Below, one piece after another: positions 39,553-51,325 of a DNA stretch of 64,000 bases. Source of the DNA: Octopus vulgaris (taxonomy: Eukaryota); NCBI GenBank assembly GCA_951406725.2, contig OX597822.1, positions 110,484,001 through 110,548,000 of the forward strand, written 5' to 3'. The position numbers and the translations under genes are program-made. How positions within the stretch are numbered: the first letter of the stretch is position 1; each line of letters starts with the position of its first letter. The notes under the pieces were generated by a model. The model had not been told where the DNA came from. It did not search any database and was given only the letters and a program-made list of their open reading frames with translations.

Positions 39553-39680
39553 TAAATGTTTCTAATTTTGGTACAGGTCCAGCAATTTTGAGGGGAGGAT
39601 GTAAATCTTGATCATCGTCCCCAGTACTCTACTGTTACTTTATTTCATCGATTTTGACCTCGGCAGGATTTGAATGCAGA
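39553..39680 (-). mobile_element. Degenerate partial SINE-B2
   Basis: TTTCTAATTTTGGTACAGGTCCAGCAATTTTG...GACCTCGGCAGGATTTGAA, next to (CTA)n. Confidence 0.55.
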
Positions 39681-40034
39681 ACAGATATAGAAGGGGCCTC
39701 GGACGAGTCAAAAGACCCCAACAGGTGATCGTCGAGCGAACTCCAAAAAGGAAAGGGGGGAGGCGGGTGAAAATACCGATGAAACAAACACCCAATGACT
39801 AATAGTTTGCGGGTATGAATCTGAATAACCTTGAGAACGGTACCCCCCAATCACGTAACTAACCAAGGGGCCAGGCTAACAATTTCAACAACCGACAGCA
39901 GCAGCACAACAACAAAATCAACAACAACAACAACAGCAGCAGCAGCAAGAACGAGATAACGCAACTACAGCAACATCAAGAATTGAACCAACGTTCACAG
40001 CAACAACGAGAGACACAACAGGATCAGTAACAGA

Positions 40035-40460
40035 GGCGAGTAAAAGGCGGCGAGCTGACAGAATCGTTAGCACGCCGGGCGAAATGCGTAGCCGTATTTC
40101 GTCTGCCGCTACGTTCTGAGTTCAAATTCCGCCGAGGTCGACTTTGCCTTTCATCCTTTCGAGGTTGATAAATTAAGTACCAGTTACGCACGCCGGGCGA
40201 AATGCGTAGCCGTATTTCGTTTGCCGCTACGTTCTGAGTTCAAATTCCGCCGAGGTCGACTTTGCCTTTCATCCATTCGGGGTCGATTAAATAAGTACCA
40301 GTTACGCACTGGGGTCGATGTAATCGACTTAATCCGTTTGTCTTTCCTTGTTTGTTCCCTCTATGTTTAGCCTCTTTTGGGTAGTAAAGAAATAGTTATT
40401 CCGTCCGTCTGTCATTGTTTGTCCCCTCTATGTTTAGCCCCTTGTGAGTAATAAATAAAT
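40035..40460 (+). mobile_element. SINE-B with an internal duplication and a duplicated tail
   Basis: TSD AGGATCAGTAACAGA at 40020-40034 and 40461-40475. About 120 bp is repeated internally across a GCAC microhomology near 40188-40191. A second tail lies at ~40404-40460. Confidence 0.9.
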
Positions 40461-40704
40461 AGGATCAGTAACAGAAGAAAATTAATTAAAAATAGCCAAA
40501 ACGACAATAACAACATCAACCACAGTAAATTAGAACACGAAACAATTAGATCAACATCTCACGGACGAGCTGCACAATTACACGGTTCTCCGGAAAGAGA
40601 GCGAGGAATCGATGGCGTTTGTAGATTCTAATATAAACCAAATTTTGAACTCTCATTCCACTTATGATGTAGGAGTTTTTAGTCAAAAGAATATTTAAAG
40701 GCCC

Positions 40705-41177
40705 ATTGAAAACATCACCACTGCAAATATATAGACAACCTGAAAATACAGTTGTCGCTCACCATGTTTAGTTTTACATATTAGACGGCATAAACTATAT
40801 AATACAATCAAAATCATTCCCGGAGGACGTAGGCCCGTTACAAATTAATTTCTCTAATCGTTTGTAATAAACCCACAAACTACACCACCTGAAGAAAGGA
40901 AAGAGGAGGGACTACCCCAAAACACAAAGTTTTTTCCTTTATGTTCTTGCCCCAATTAGGTTGTATAAATGTACGAAGCCTGGGTTCGGATTGGAAGTAA
41001 ATATGTCTCCTTGACGATCTCAGGTTGCATAGAATTCATTTAGTAATTGCTACTGAAAGCTAACTGTATGGGCTGCAAGCTTTCTCACCCCTCCTAAACG
41101 GCTACAAGAAATTTACTTTCTCTAAGCAAATCTGGAACAACATGGTCGTTTAGTAAACGAGCCCGGGGAGATGTGCA
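40705..41177 (+). repeat. Left arm of a ~470-bp inverted repeat
   Basis: Near-identical reverse complement of 45270-45745. Confidence 0.93.
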
Positions 41178-41256
41178 TTAGAACATTCGAAAAACGACCA
41201 ACGCCAGGTTAGGGTAAGTGACTGACTCTTCTATCGTTTCTTTACTTCTTCCCTGA

Positions 41257-41458
41257 ATGGCAGTTCTAAGAATAGGTTGTTTAAATGCTCATGACCTGAG
41301 AGTAGCATGGAAGCAGGATCACCAGCTGAACGACCTCAAGTCACTATGTCTGGATGTAGGAGCCATTTGTGAGACTCAGATTTCTGAAATGCAATCGTTT
41401 GCTCTGTTTCTGGACGATTTCGGGGTTTACTCCTACTGCGATCGGCCTGGATCATATA
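41257..41458 (+). pseudogene. APE endonuclease N-terminus of a Tx1/L1-like ORF2, disrupted by the SINE-B tetramer
   Basis: MAVLRIGCLNAHDLRVAWKQDHQLNDLKSLCLDVGAICETQ fits the LxIxxxNxxGL...DvxxlxET start of APE domains. Confidence 0.75.
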
Positions 41459-42240
41459 TATTTCTTTACTACCCACAAGGGGCTAAACACAGAGGAGACA
41501 AAACAAGGACAGACAAAGGGATTAAGTCGATTACATCGACCCCAGTGCGTAACTGGTACTTAATTTATCGACCCCGGAAGGATGAAAGGCAAAGTCGACC
41601 TCGGCGGAATTTGAACTCAGAACGTAGCGGCAGACCAAATACCTATTTCTTTATTACCCACAAGGGGCTAAACACAGAGGAGACAAACAAGGACAGACAA
41701 AGGGATTAAGTCGATTACATCGACCCCAGTGCGTAACTGGTACTTAATTTATCGACCCCGGAAGGATGAAAGGCAAAGTCGACCTCGGCGGAATTTGAAC
41801 TCAGAACGTAGCGGCAGACCAAATACCTATTTCTTTATTACCCACAAGGGGGCTAAACACAGAGGAGACAAACAAGGACAGACAAAGGGATTAAGTTGAT
41901 TACATCGACCCCAGTGCGTAACTGGTACTTAATTTATCGACCCCGGAAGGATGAAAGGCAAAGTCGACCTCGGCGGAATTTGAACTCAGAACGTAGCGGC
42001 AGACCAAATACCTATTTCTTTATTACCCACAAGGGGCTAAACACAGAGGAGACAAACAAGGACAGACAAAGGGATTAAGTCGATTACATCGACCCCAGTG
42101 CTTAACTGGTACTTAATTTATCGACCCCGGAAGGATGAAAGGCAAAGTCGAGCTCGGCGGAATTTGAACTCGGAACGTAACGGCAGACGAAATGCGGCAG
42201 CGCATTTCGCCCGGCGTGCTAACGTTTCTGCCAGCTCGCC
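41459..42240 (-). mobile_element. SINE-B tetramer (one full unit plus three headless ~185-bp units)
   Basis: Units are 41459-41643, 41644-41827, 41828-42012 and 42013-42240. A single TSD GGCC(T/C)GGATCATATA lies at 41444-41458 and 42241-42255. Confidence 0.95.
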
Positions 42241-42460
42241 GGCCCGGATCATATAGCGTGGCGAAAATTCAGGCGATGTGCCGACAGTACAATTGATTAT
42301 TAGTATCCTTAAGTCTTTGACCCAGCTGAAGCGTAATGGTGGCGAGCAAATTGCTCAGTGGTGTTTCTTTTTTCCTGAATCCAAAATCTATCGTGGTCAT
42401 CTTTGTCTTCCATCCTTTTAAAACCGATGCCATCGGATATTCCCATCTCCTAAAGTTGTG

Positions 42461-42520
42461 TTTTTTTTCCTTCTCTAGTTTCAGCTCAGAGCTGTGGCCA
42501 TGCTGACGCACCGCCGTTTT
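42461..42520 (-). mobile_element. Short retroposon 3' tail fragment
   Basis: The minus strand reads AAAACGGCGGTGCGTCAGCATGGCCACAGCTCTGAGCTGAAACTAGAGAAGG-polyA, nearly the same as the tail after the 5S copy at 21156-21200. Confidence 0.75.
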
Positions 42521-42651
42521 GCTACACTGTTATTACTAAGATCCTCCTCTAATATGTGGTACTTGGTTCTAAAATTTGAAACTGTCAATGATATTAAGCG
42601 GACAGAATCGTTAGCATGCTGGACAAAATGCTAACCGGTATTCCGCCCAAA

Positions 42652-42885
42652 TAAAGGCGGCGACCTGGCAGAAACATTAGCACGCCGGCGAAATGCGTAG
42701 CCGTGTTTCGTCTGCCGCTACGTTCTGAGTTCAAATTCCGCCGAGGTCGACTTTGCCTTTCATCCACTCGGGGTCGATTAAATAAGTACCTATTACGCAC
42801 TGGGGTCGATGTTATCGACTTAATCCGTTTGTCTGTCCTTGTTTGTTCCCTCAGTGTTTAGCCTCTTTTGGGTAGTAAAGAAATA
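42652..42885 (+). mobile_element. SINE-B monomer nested in an older B/B2 head in the same orientation
   Basis: Preceded by a diverged head at 42598-42650. Flanked by GGTATTCCG(C/T)CC at 42637-42648 and 42886-42897. Confidence 0.85.
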
Positions 42886-43443
42886 GGTATTCCGTCCGAT
42901 TCTGGCTTTGCTTTAGGTCCTTTCGGGTTCGGTGACCATTGCCTCTTCCTCCATATTTCAGGTCTTTGTCCATACTAAGCGCTGCAGTCTTTTTCCATGA
43001 ATTAAAAACAAATTGAAATGTTGTCTTTGAAGTAAAGAAGTTAAGACTGAAAGTGAGGGATTTATGATTTATCCTTTTTCATTTCTGTACCGGAAATGTT
43101 TCACTTTCATAAAACAGATTTTCTACAGAACATTCTAACAACACGTGCTAGTAATCCAAACTAATACTAAATTTTAACTTGGCATTTGAATAGAAAAGGT
43201 CAAATTTGCTCCGTACGTTTGGTTCGTATAAAATAATCTCTATTGTACTTTAAGTAAGGCAAGTATGAAAGGCTAAAAGAACTGTTACTACGACAAATAA
43301 GAAGAAAGAAAAGCCTGCGTCAGCTCAAAAGTAACATTTTCTACGGAAGCATAACGGGTTTAAAAATACATGTGTTATCGTACGCACTCACTTCTGTGTA
43401 TATTATTTATGGCTATATACATATGTGTGTGTGTGTACGTATA

Positions 43444-43844
43444 TGGCTCAGAAACCTGGACGTTATCAAAGAAGCTTGAGAGGCGGTTGGATGGAACCTA
43501 CACTCGCCTCCTTATGAGAGCTCAAAATCTCTCGTGGAAGCGCCATCCAACCAAAATGCAAATATATGGGAAATTACCACCTGTGTCATCTCTTGTGAAA
43601 GGTAGGAGAGTCCAGTTTTCTGGACATTGTTGTAGAGCTGAAAAAGAAGTAATTTCTACTCTTCTCCTCTTGAAGCCATCTACTCGCAATACCAGAGGGC
43701 GCACACTCTCCTACCCTGATGTAATCTCCAGGGATACAGGCATCCAGCAACAGGACCTCCGTAATGCTATGATGGACCGTGAAGTCTGGCGTAACATAGT
43801 AAATTCCATTGTCTCGACCACGGTCGAACAATGATGATGAATGA
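43444..43844 (+). mobile_element. 5'-truncated RTE-clade LINE (ORF2 C-terminus in an intact frame)
   Basis: Reads YGSETWTLSKKLERRLDGTYTRLLMRAQNLSW...FSGHCCR...AMMDREVWR, with a stop at 43834 and a (TGA)n tail. TSD TGTGTGTACGTATA at 43430-43443 and 43845-43858. Confidence 0.93.
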
Positions 43845-43985
43845 TGTGTGTACGTATACATATTTGAAAGAATGAGTAGAGATCGCTTTTTTGAGGGGAC
43901 AATTTAAATTTTAATCTTAATAGTAATGTTTACAGTGTGTTACTCTGATATAAGTTTCGAACTTCAAGTAACCGTTTTCAAACTC

Positions 43986-45275
43986 TTTTCTTTATGAACC
44001 ATTACGGTCTAAATGAAGAGTGGACAAAACAAGGACAGGCAAGGGGTAGAGGATCGAATGCGAATAACAACGTGATAACGTAAAGATAAAATTACAAAAA
44101 TGCAATACAACAATGAAAAGCGAATGATTAACAATTATAAAATGAGGGACGTGGTTGACCACACAAACCACATTCCAGCACTGAAACCTTTTTTATGGGT
44201 TTGTGTTCTTGCTCAAACAGATTCACTCACTCTCAATACATTTGCTACAGTCTTCCATTTTTTCCGAAACACTCCGTGCGACAGACATCTCTTCTCCAGA
44301 CTTATTTTTCTTTTTCATATGAAAAGAATAAAGTTGCAAGCCGACTGATAATTTTTGCTCCTGCCACCGCTTCCATAATCTCTTATGGCCTCACCTGTAG
44401 GTGTTCGACCCGGAATACGATGACGGTAATGTCATCTGCATAAGCCGAAACTGATTTCCGCCCCCTAGATCTCGTGGAGTGCCCCTCATAGCCTCCAACT
44501 TCCTCACCAATGGCTCTAGGGCCAAAACGTACAAAAGTGGAGAGATAGGACACATTTGATGCACCGATCGCTCAATGCAGAACGGTTTCGAAAAGAAACC
44601 GTTCACCCGAACTATCGGTTCGATGTCGCTATATAAAGCGATGATTCACCTACGGAAGGTCGGGCCAAAAACGGGCGCCGCAAGGACCGCCGCCAGATAC
44701 TGATGGTCAACACTATCGAACGCTTTTGATTGGTCTAAATGGACCATAGCTCCACCCTTGCCAGGAATTCTATTTACCCTCTCTAAAGAATAGCAGAGAA
44801 GATGGAGAAGATTGTCGTGAATTGATCTGCCAGGGATGGCACACGTTTGCGCCTCACAACAACTTTACTCACGACTTGCGCCAACCATTTTGCTGAAGCC
44901 TTCTCTAAAATCTTCAACTCTGCGTTAAGCAGAGTGATGGGTCTGAAATTATTAATTACGTCCCCCTTGTTTGGGGCCTTTCTTAGCAGCGGCACCCCGG
45001 CTCACAGACTAGGGAATCCTGTTCTGCTGCAAGTTGGTACAGAAGCGTACAATTGGGTTCTCAAACAAACCTGGCACACTATAATACTTGTCTTCGCCGC
45101 AGTCCGATAACGCGTCCTCCACCTCTGCATCTGTGATTGGGCGTTCACAAAACTCTGCTTCCCGCCCCGAGAGACGTGTCGAATTGGCTAGGAAGTCCAC
45201 GAGGTCCTCTCCACGCTCCGATCCACCGCCCCTCCCGAAACGCTGGGCGAAATGCTCATGAAATACTTTGCACAT
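43986..45275 (-). mobile_element. Tx1/L1-like LINE: RT pseudogene, deleted C-terminus and 3' UTR
   Basis: Minus-strand motifs NFRPITLLNAELKIL, LDQSKAFDSVDHQYL, SVHQMCPISPLLYVLALEPL and SAYADDITV (~44423-44449). Frameshifted. The 3' UTR ends ATAAAGAAAA at ~43986. Confidence 0.92.
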
Positions 45276-45745
45276 CTCCCCGGGCTCGTTTACTGAACGA
45301 CCATGTTGTTCCAGATTTGCTTAGAGAAAATAAATTTCTTGTAGCCGTTTAGGAGGGGTGAGAAAGCCTGCAGCCCACACAGTTAGCTTTCAGTAACAAC
45401 TACTAAATGCATTCTATGCAACCTGAGATCGTCAAGGAGACATATTTACTTCCAATCCGAACCCAGGCTTCGTACATTTATACAACCTAATTGGGGCAAG
45501 AACATAAAAGGAAAAAAACTTAGTGTTTTGGGGTAGTCCCTCCTCTTTCCTTTCTTCAGGTGGTGTAGTTTGTGGGTTTATTACAAATGATTAGAGAAAT
45601 GTATTTGTAACGGGCCTACGTCCTCCGGGAATGATTTTTTGATTGTATTATATAGTTTATGCCGTCTATTATGTAAAACTGGACATGGTGAGCGACGACT
45701 GTATTTTCAGGTCGTCTATATATTTGCAGTGGAGATGTTTTCAAT
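45270..45745 (-). repeat. Right arm of the ~470-bp inverted repeat
   Basis: Reverse complement of 40705-41177. Confidence 0.93.
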
Positions 45746-45774
45746 TTCATTTTTTAAAAGTGTGCTTTTGATGT

Positions 45775-46285
45775 TTATTGCTGTGATATTAATGCATGAT
45801 TTACTTGGCGGGGATTGGGGAGTTTGTGGGACGTGTGTGTTTTTGTGGTGGTGGATTCGCTTGTGTTTGTGGTGGTGGATGCGCTTGTGTTTGTGGGTGC
45901 GTGTGTATTTGTGGGTGCGTGTGCTTTTTGTGGGTGCGTGTGCGCTTGTGATGGTGGGTTCGTGTGTGCTTGTGGTTGGTGTGTCTGTCTCTGTTGAGTG
46001 TGGGGGGTATCTTTTTCTTCTTCTTTACTTGTGTAAGCCGAGAGTAATCCATTCTGGATTCTCTGCATCTTCAGGACTGTTTATGTTGCTTCGTTACTGA
46101 TAGCCGCGCCTCCACCTCTGGTTTACTTTCCTCAGCTATAGAGTCTTCCATGGGTGGTTATTTTCCTTGCCTGTTTTACATTCAGAGTGTATGTGGCCTT
46201 TTTCGCCACACTTATAGCATTTTCCACCTAGACTCTGAGGTTTACCACTTCTCCTATTAATATGTATCGTCTGTCTGTCCGGATG
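45775..46285 (-). pseudogene. Retrotransposon ORF1/gag-like fragment with a CCHC zinc knuckle
   Basis: 46219-46178 on the minus strand encodes CYKCGEKGHIHSEC (CX2CX4HX4C). It is followed by T/P/H-rich low-complexity sequence with 18-bp repeats. Confidence 0.7.
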
Positions 46286-46329
46286 TTTTATTGCTCTCTA
46301 TTGCGTTTCTGAGTCATGCTTTTAATATT

Positions 46330-46368
<39 letters not shown>

Positions 46369-46898
46369 ACATGCTTCTGCGTGTATGCACACATAGCCAC
46401 CCACACATAAACTCACGCATACATGTGTGTATGTAGTGCAAAGCGAATAGAAACAACAGAAATAAACAACAAATGTTCGAGGAAGGTTCACAGTTAATAT
46501 TATAATCTTTGGCATTCAAGGGAGAGTAAAAGTTATAATGTTTCGTACATAGCCCTTTGTCGGATACTATAGGTAAGTGCCGGAGAGTCTGGGAATAGAA
46601 AGAAGTGAGGAAAAGAGATAAAACTGAGTGAGCCACAAAATTGCACGTTGATTAGTTTCACGTGTTCGACATTTGTCTGGCTGTGGATATATTTATGCAC
46701 ATATATACATGCGTGTGTGTGTGTTGTGTATGTGAGTTTTGTTTATATGTGCGTATATAGACGCACGTACACACACACACACACATACAGTGACACAAAT
46801 ACACACGCCACACACGCATACACACACATATACTCATGCCAACACACCTTGATGTATATATGCACAAGCATATTTTTCTATCTTTCTATCTAAGAACT

Positions 46899-47205
<307 letters not shown>

Positions 47206-49757
47206 GTCTATATATTTACGTATATGTATATATGTCTATATATGTTCGTGTATATGCACACACACACACTCACATATATATATGTACATATAAGTATGTG
47301 TATATTTATACGCACATATATACATACGCATACATATATTTATATATACGCATACGTTCTACCACCACGCAACATACACACACAAACATACATACATACA
47401 AACACACACACAACCCACCACCACACACAATCACTCCACCCCACATATCTTTATTTAGAAAGCCAAGAGTATACGTAAATAAAGTTGCTGAATATTTTGA
47501 ATACATTATAAGAATGCATTTGTCAGGAAAGGATGCTGTTTGCACCAAAGAGACAAAACATGAAGGAAAATAGTTTAGTAATGAGTATATCAACTTCAAA
47601 CACAGTTGTGAAGGTAAACAACGCTGACGCTATGGAAACAAATACTGTAATTAACTAGACATTAATTTTATGTTTTGTTTTTATCATCTACGTTGTTAAA
47701 GTAAATTGTGTTAAATACAGAATCTCTGATTCCTTTACATTCTGCTGAATACACAAATTCTGCAATCCGAATAATTAGCAAATCCATAAAAGACGACGAA
47801 GCCGTGCTTTGAGGGACGCAAACATTCTATACAACAGTGGACCAAGAAATTCTTTTGAAGACGACGCAAAGTAAATATCGCTGGTGCCAGTAGCAATCGT
47901 TGTTGATGGTTATCAAAACTAGTGAGTGTTTATTGTGTTGCGAATGATTTTATTCGTTCTCGTCGATTTATTGACTTTTCAATATCTTTTTTAGTTTGCA
48001 ATATTTTTCCTGTCTTGCAAGCGTCTAAATGTTGTTGGCCGCTGGACTATTAATTGTAATTCAAAGATATTCATGTGTTTGCTTTCTCTCGCAATCGGTC
48101 TGTTGTCCGGTCTGAAAGCAAGCAATTGAATACAATTCAGACAAGCCTTGTAATTCAAATATAGCATTTTGCTAATAAACAATGATTGACTAAGATCTCA
48201 AACAGAATATTCAGATCTCATTTTCTACCGCTCAATCGTTGCGGAATAATAGCAAAATATTGAGTCTAAAGGATAATGCATAGGATTTGCTGATTCTACG
48301 GAAAAGCTTGTAAATAGAAACCACAGAAATTTGTTGCCAAAGGTAACGTGATTTCTCTTTTCTTCAGTCCATTCGAAAGACCAGCCTACACAGAAGTGAT
48401 ATGAATAATTTCCTGTCATTAAATTTCTCGTATAGCTGGAAAAATGTCTGGTGCATTGTTGGTGTATGATTTGTTTATTAGTGCTAATTTATGGAAGCTA
48501 TTTCGCTTCAGATATTCAGATGGATCACATGCCACTTAATGACAGTTGACGACATAATTGCCTTGCTGGCATTAATCAGTTGACAGACGTACGCTATCTG
48601 TAATAAGATGGCGTATATGATTGGCATTGTCTAGTGGGATTTATGAAGCTAACGGAACTCTAGTTAGGAGCACGACAGTTGTGCACTGTCTGTGGTTTAG
48701 ATCATATAGATTATACATTTTCCGGGAGGTGGTGAAAGGTCAGTGATATGTAAGGACAACTGACTTTCGTCACTCTTAAACAAGGTTTTTGTTATAAACG
48801 AAATATTTAAATATGTTACTTTTACTTGTGTGTCGGATAAATATTTGAGTGAATCCGAGATAGTAGACAGCATGACTTATAGACGAAGAGAATCAAAGAA
48901 TACAGACATTGAGAAAGAAAGTACACAAGTAAAATAGAGTGTAATCAATTAAAATTGTAGCTTTTATTTGCGCTGTGAATTGGCATAACATTCATGGTTT
49001 CGGGGATGTGTGAGTTTATAAGAAACGATGAGAATTTTATGAACGAATGAATATGAATGTATTTGAGTTAGTCTTATGGAAGTTTTACGGAAGAACAAAG
49101 CCATGTTACTGAAATTTGCGTTTCAAGTATGACATTTAATATATTGTGCTATTGTGTTTGAAAACATTCAAAATAATCAATGTATTAGTTTGTTATATGA
49201 TTACTAACCTTCCAAACATAAACAGATATACAAGCAATCATCGTAAACTTTCTTCCATTTTCTTCTCCTCTTAATGTTTCAAGATTAAACAAGGATGTTT
49301 ATTTCCTGTGGTTTCTTATCCTTATGAAGCTGTCCCCATTTAGCGGGCTGCTACTACTCAGTGTTTCTCTCATCAGCTAAACACCCAACCTTCTCAAGCA
49401 AAAGACAAGGAAAACCCGAACTAAAGATTAAATATGTAAGGCGATTATTTCTTTTAGGATATTCTGCGTAATTATATGTACATTTTAAGTATCAGGCATA
49501 TGGAATATTGTTATTTCCAATATAAAGTAGTTTCCAGGCATTTTGTCGATGACAATATCGTAAACCATTTACTGCTATTATTGCAATATCCATTTATAAA
49601 ATGTTGAACTACAGAGTAGGAAAGAGAAGAAAACTATACGATAAATTGACAGATATCTATACGTTAAGTGCCATTTATTGGGATATTTTCCCCAGCATAT
49701 AGAATTAACTTGCAAGGGACTTAAAATGCAGAAATTAATATGGTTCATATGCCAGAA

Positions 49758-49820
49758 TACACACACACACATACACACACATACACACACACACAAGCAC
49801 ACATACACACACACACAAGC

Positions 49821-49862
<42 letters not shown>

Positions 49863-50240
49863 GCACACATGCACACACACACACACGTACACACATACAC
49901 ACAGTCATACTCACACTTACACACATGCACACTCACACGCGCACATACACATACACCACACGCAAGCACATATACATACACACACAAGCACACATACACA
50001 CACACACAAGCACACATACACAACACACAATCACACATACATACACACAAACACACACACATACACATACATATAGACACATTCATACTCACACATACAC
50101 ACATACGCACTCACACGCGCACACACGCATACACACGTAGACACATACACAAGCCAACACAGACACATTCATACTCACACTCACAACATATTCTCTCTCA
50201 CTGCCCCCATACGCACACACATCAACACCCTCCCTCCACA
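49758..50240. repeat. Degenerate (CA)n-rich tract with recurring CAAGCACA anchors
   Basis: Seen directly. Confidence 0.9.
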
Positions 50241-50439
50241 CATGTATTTATATGACGAGTTGTATAGTGTAATGGATTATTATTTAATTATACTGTTTCA
50301 ATACACACACGCACACTTTCATATGCAAACTACGTCCGCTCACAAGCATCCATACACACAAACATGCAAACATATATACATGTTAGTTATGTTTGGAGAA
50401 AGTCGTTCTCTCCAGAACCTTCGTTGGGTCTTCAAGCCC

Positions 50440-50990
50440 TTTGAGGATGGTGCCGTTAGCATTCCATTTAAAACATTCTGGTGACTGCCGGAAAAAACAC
50501 GATCATGCAAGAAGGGAAGAACTGGACATAGTGGATAGAGCGAGGAGCCTAGCGTTGGTTTTAGAAAAAGGCGGAAGCAGGAGTGAGTGGAGAGTGCCCG
50601 AGAGTATGTTATACAAGTTCAAACAGATCTGAGAGGAAGTAGAAACAAGAGACATGTTTGAATTCAAGAATGGGAGCATATGTGAGTAACTCAATGGAAA
50701 TCAATGAAGGGATCTATCTTTAAAAGGGGTTTCGGCTGTCTGTGTAATTAATCTTTGTAGAAAATTCGTACGTGCTGGGAGTTGCTTTGAGATGGAGTCC
50801 TTGAAAGGGTAAAGATGTGAGTTGGCCAGGGGAGAATCTCAGTAATGGTGGAGATCTAGCATTTGGAGCGATGGTAAAAGTGTTAGTTGAGTATTATTCA
50901 CATTTACAGAAGCTGATGTACGAAGAGGTTTTGTTGATATGTCTAATGAACGTGGGGTGTGCTGTTGAATGAAACGAAATTGACTCGATC
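50440..50990 (-). mobile_element. Possible very degraded CR1/L2-like LINE fragment
   Basis: The GC content is higher than in the flanks. Minus-strand remnants resemble SWxxHI and FFPxxxxxWN motifs. Confidence 0.3.
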
Positions 50991-51057
50991 CAATTAGATG
51001 ATATATATGTGCATATATACACATATACGCATACATATATATGTTTATGTATGTATG

Positions 51058-51325
<268 letters not shown>

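Noticed and set aside
41459-42240. Regular ~185-bp array read as satellite or CRISPR, and the recurring peptide RPRKDERQSRPRRNLNSER
   Set aside because: The units are SINE-B bodies. The peptide is an antisense translation found in every SINE-B copy.
48490-48610. Exon-like stretch after TTTCGCTTCAG
   Set aside because: All three frames reach stop codons before a plausible donor site.
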